The position numbers were made by a program, and so were the translations under genes. From Aulosira sp. ZfuVER01 (GTDB lineage Bacteria > Cyanobacteriota > Cyanobacteriia > Cyanobacteriales > Nostocaceae), in assembly GCA_034530615.2 (NCBI GenBank), contig JAVRCV020000049.1:1-64000 (forward strand): DNA of 64,000 nucleotides, read 5' to 3'. Below the pieces are notes generated by a model. It ran no database searches. It was not told the DNA's origin and saw only the letters and a list, made by a program, of their open reading frames with translations. Below are positions 61,776-64,000 of the stretch, piece after piece; positions within the stretch are counted from its first letter, which is position 1; each line of letters begins with the position of its first letter.

Positions 61776-62060
61776 TCACTTACCATACTTCTCTCTATAC
61801 TTGTGAATAGCAGATTTGAGTTTTCCTTTCAATTCTGGCGGATTTTCCATCACGGACATAAATAAATCTCGATCGCGATTGGATAGTACTAACCTTTCAT
61901 TAGCATCTATATCTTGTTTAGCAGCGGGTAAAACATGAATAAGTGTATACGCACTCAAAGAAATTCCTTTGAGACTCGCAGCACGTTCTAATATTTCTTT
62001 TTGTTCTTGGGTAACTCGTAAATCTATGCGGCAATCTTTTGCAGATGATGGTTCTGACAT
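61776..62060 (-). CDS. DUF1778 (TacA/AtaR-type) RHH antitoxin
   Basis: RIDLRVTQEQKEILERAA..SLSAY..LSNRDRDLF..ENPP. Confidence 0.9.
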   Translation of the reverse strand: MSEPSSAKDCRIDLRVTQEQKEILERAASLKGISLSAYTLIHVLPAAKQDIDANERLVLSNRDRDLFMSVMENPPELKGKLKSAIHKYREKYGK

Positions 62061-62253
62061 GGCTATTTCCTACTTTTAGCTGAGTCTTTATTAACAGCAT
62101 AGCTAATCGTAGCGGAGAATGTACACACAATAATTTGATAAGAATCTCTAGTTTTTGTCCTTACCTGGGAAATAGCGATCGCTCTTTTCACCCACAATCT
62201 CTAACTAACTTCGATAAGATCGCTATGGTGCTACTTAAACCTTCCCTAGCCTG

Positions 62254-64000
62254 ATGAAAAGCGATCGCTCTCACTCTCCTCAAGCCACCTCATCCACTCT
62301 GCAACGTCCTGAAATCCTCGCACCAGCAGGTAATTGGGAATGTGCCAAAGCTGCTGTCGAAAATGGGGCAGATGCAATTTACTTTGGTTTGGATCGATTC
62401 AACGCCAGAATGCGAGCGCAAAATTTTACTGAGGCGGATTTACCCGAATTGATGGCATTTCTCCACCTGCGGGGTGTGAAGGGCTACGTCACAGTCAATA
62501 CACTCATCTTTCCCCAGGAACTAGCAGAAGTAGAACAATATCTGCGTTCAATTATTAGCGCAGGTGTGGATGCGGTGATTGTTCAGGATGTGGGGATATG
62601 TCGGCTCATCCGTCACCTATCGCCCGATTTTCCGATCCATGCTTCTACTCAGATGACTATCACCAGTGCCGCTGGTGTGGAATTTGCCAAGTCCCTCGGC
62701 TGTCAATTGGTAGTACTTGCCCGTGAATGTTCCCTGAAAGAAATCAATAAAATTCAGCAGCAGATTGGGCAGAAGGAGACTTCTTTGCCTTTAGAAGTGT
62801 TTGTTCACGGTGCTTTGTGCGTCGCTTATTCCGGTCAGTGCTTAACTAGCGAAGCTTTAGGTGGACGTTCTGCTAATCGTGGCGAATGTGCCCAAGCTTG
62901 CCGAATGCCCTACGAGTTAATCGCAGATGGGGAAGTTGTGAATTTGGGGGAACGCAAATATCTCCTCAGCCCCCAAGACTTAGCAGGGCTAGAAGTACTG
63001 CCCGATTTGGTGAAGTCAGGGGTGACTTCTTTAAAAATTGAAGGTCGTCTAAAAACACCAGAGTATGTTGCTAATGTCACCCGCGTTTATCGGGAAGCTT
63101 TAGATCGGGTGATGGAGGGATTAGAAAAGGACGCGGGGACGCGGGGACGCAAAGACCCGGGGAAAGTAACAAAAAACTCGGAGGCTTCTGGGGAACGCTA
63201 CAACTTGGAAATGGCATTTTCTCGCGGTATCTACACGGGCTGGTTTAAAGGAATTAATAATCAAGAATTAGTTCATGCCCGTTTTGGTAAGAAGCGTGGG
63301 GTTTATCTGGGCGAAGTCACCCGCATTAATAATGAACAGGTGGCAATTACGCTAGAAGCACCAGTTAAACCAGGGGATGGAATTGTTTTCGACTCCGGTC
63401 ATCCAGAGGCTAAGGAAGAAGGAGGTCGAGTTTATGCAGTCACGCCCAAGGGTCGAGAAACCTTGCTGACTTTTGGTCGTAGTGACCTAAACTTCCGCCG
63501 TGTGCATGTAGGCGATCGCGTTTGGAAAACTAGCGATCCAGAACTTGATAAACAATTGCGTCAGAGTTTTGCAGGCGAAAATCCGCAATTTCAGCGTCCG
63601 ATTCATCTAGAGATTTATGGCGAAGTCGATCAACCACTAACTGCGATCGCTCGCGATCAACAAGGTCATGTCGTCCAGGTGGATTCTACAATATCACTGG
63701 TGGAAGCGCACACCAAACCCCTGACTACAGAACGATTGCAAGAACAATTGGGTCGGCTGGGTAATACTCCCTTCTGTTTAGGAAGACTAACCAATCACCT
63801 CAGTGGCGCGGTGATGATACCCGTGAGTGAGTTAAACAGAATACGGCGAGATATAGTAGCGAAGTTAGAAGAGTTACGCAGTCAGCCCCAACGCTGGGAA
63901 TTACGTTCTCATTTTTCTTTTAAAGACCTACTCCCCACCTCATCCCTCTTATCTTCCTCATCTCCCTCACTCATCGTCCTAGTACGTAACCTCAAGCAAC
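62254..64000 (+). CDS. U32 peptidase-family protein with DUF3656 (RlhA-like RNA hydroxylase), truncated by the window edge
   Basis: Manual translation PEILAPAG..ENGADAIYFG..FNAR..HASTQ..EVFVHGALCVAYSGQC..RSANRGECAQACR..LKIEGR. Confidence 0.92.
   Translation, partial: MKSDRSHSPQATSSTLQRPEILAPAGNWECAKAAVENGADAIYFGLDRFNARMRAQNFTEADLPELMAFLHLRGVKGYVTVNTLIFPQELAEVEQYLRSIISAGVDAVIVQDVGICRLIRHLSPDFPIHASTQMTITSAAGVEFAKSLGCQLVVLARECSLKEINKIQQQIGQKETSLPLEVFVHGALCVAYSGQCLTSEALGGRSANRGECAQACRMPYELIADGEVVNLGERKYLLSPQDLAGLEVLPDLVKSGVTSLKIEGRLKTPEYVANVTRVYREALDRVMEGLEKDAGTRGRKDPGKVTKNSEASGERYNLEMAFSRGIYTGWFKGINNQELVHARFGKKRGVYLGEVTRINNEQVAITLEAPVKPGDGIVFDSGHPEAKEEGGRVYAVTPKGRETLLTFGRSDLNFRRVHVGDRVWKTSDPELDKQLRQSFAGENPQFQRPIHLEIYGEVDQPLTAIARDQQGHVVQVDSTISLVEAHTKPLTTERLQEQLGRLGNTPFCLGRLTNHLSGAVMIPVSELNRIRRDIVAKLEELRSQPQRWELRSHFSFKDLLPTSSLLSSSSPSLIVLVRNLKQ

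Overview
Chromosomal window from a heterocyst-type filamentous cyanobacterium (Nostocales-like), judged from frequent HIP1 (GCGATCGC) sites, 7-mer short tandem repeats and genes such as cpcT, chlM, gun4, PTOX and xisH/xisI. Housekeeping genes (icd, sodA, mtnA, birA, ribE, pgeF, a U32/RlhA-like gene, tRNA-Cys) are interleaved with accessory patches. The strongest candidate for an undescribed system is at 49.8-53.0 kb. Two tandem micro-ORFs absent from the ORF track (42 and 40 aa) share a double-glycine leader but carry different, very short cores (YGMPALD, PPAYL). They diverge from an intact C39-peptidase ABC exporter and are followed by a terminator and a broken HlyD adaptor. Other points of interest: an NTF2/MgdA-like glycosyltransferase/UbiA prenyltransferase operon; a VOC-SnoaL-SnoaL plus acyltransferase unit facing an HTH-NB-ARC-WD40 gene; a decayed island at tRNA-Cys with an hsdR remnant; an AT-rich HEPN gene where a DUF1778 antitoxin's toxin should be; and MITEs nested inside other repeats. 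All family calls come from motif recognition, not database searches.
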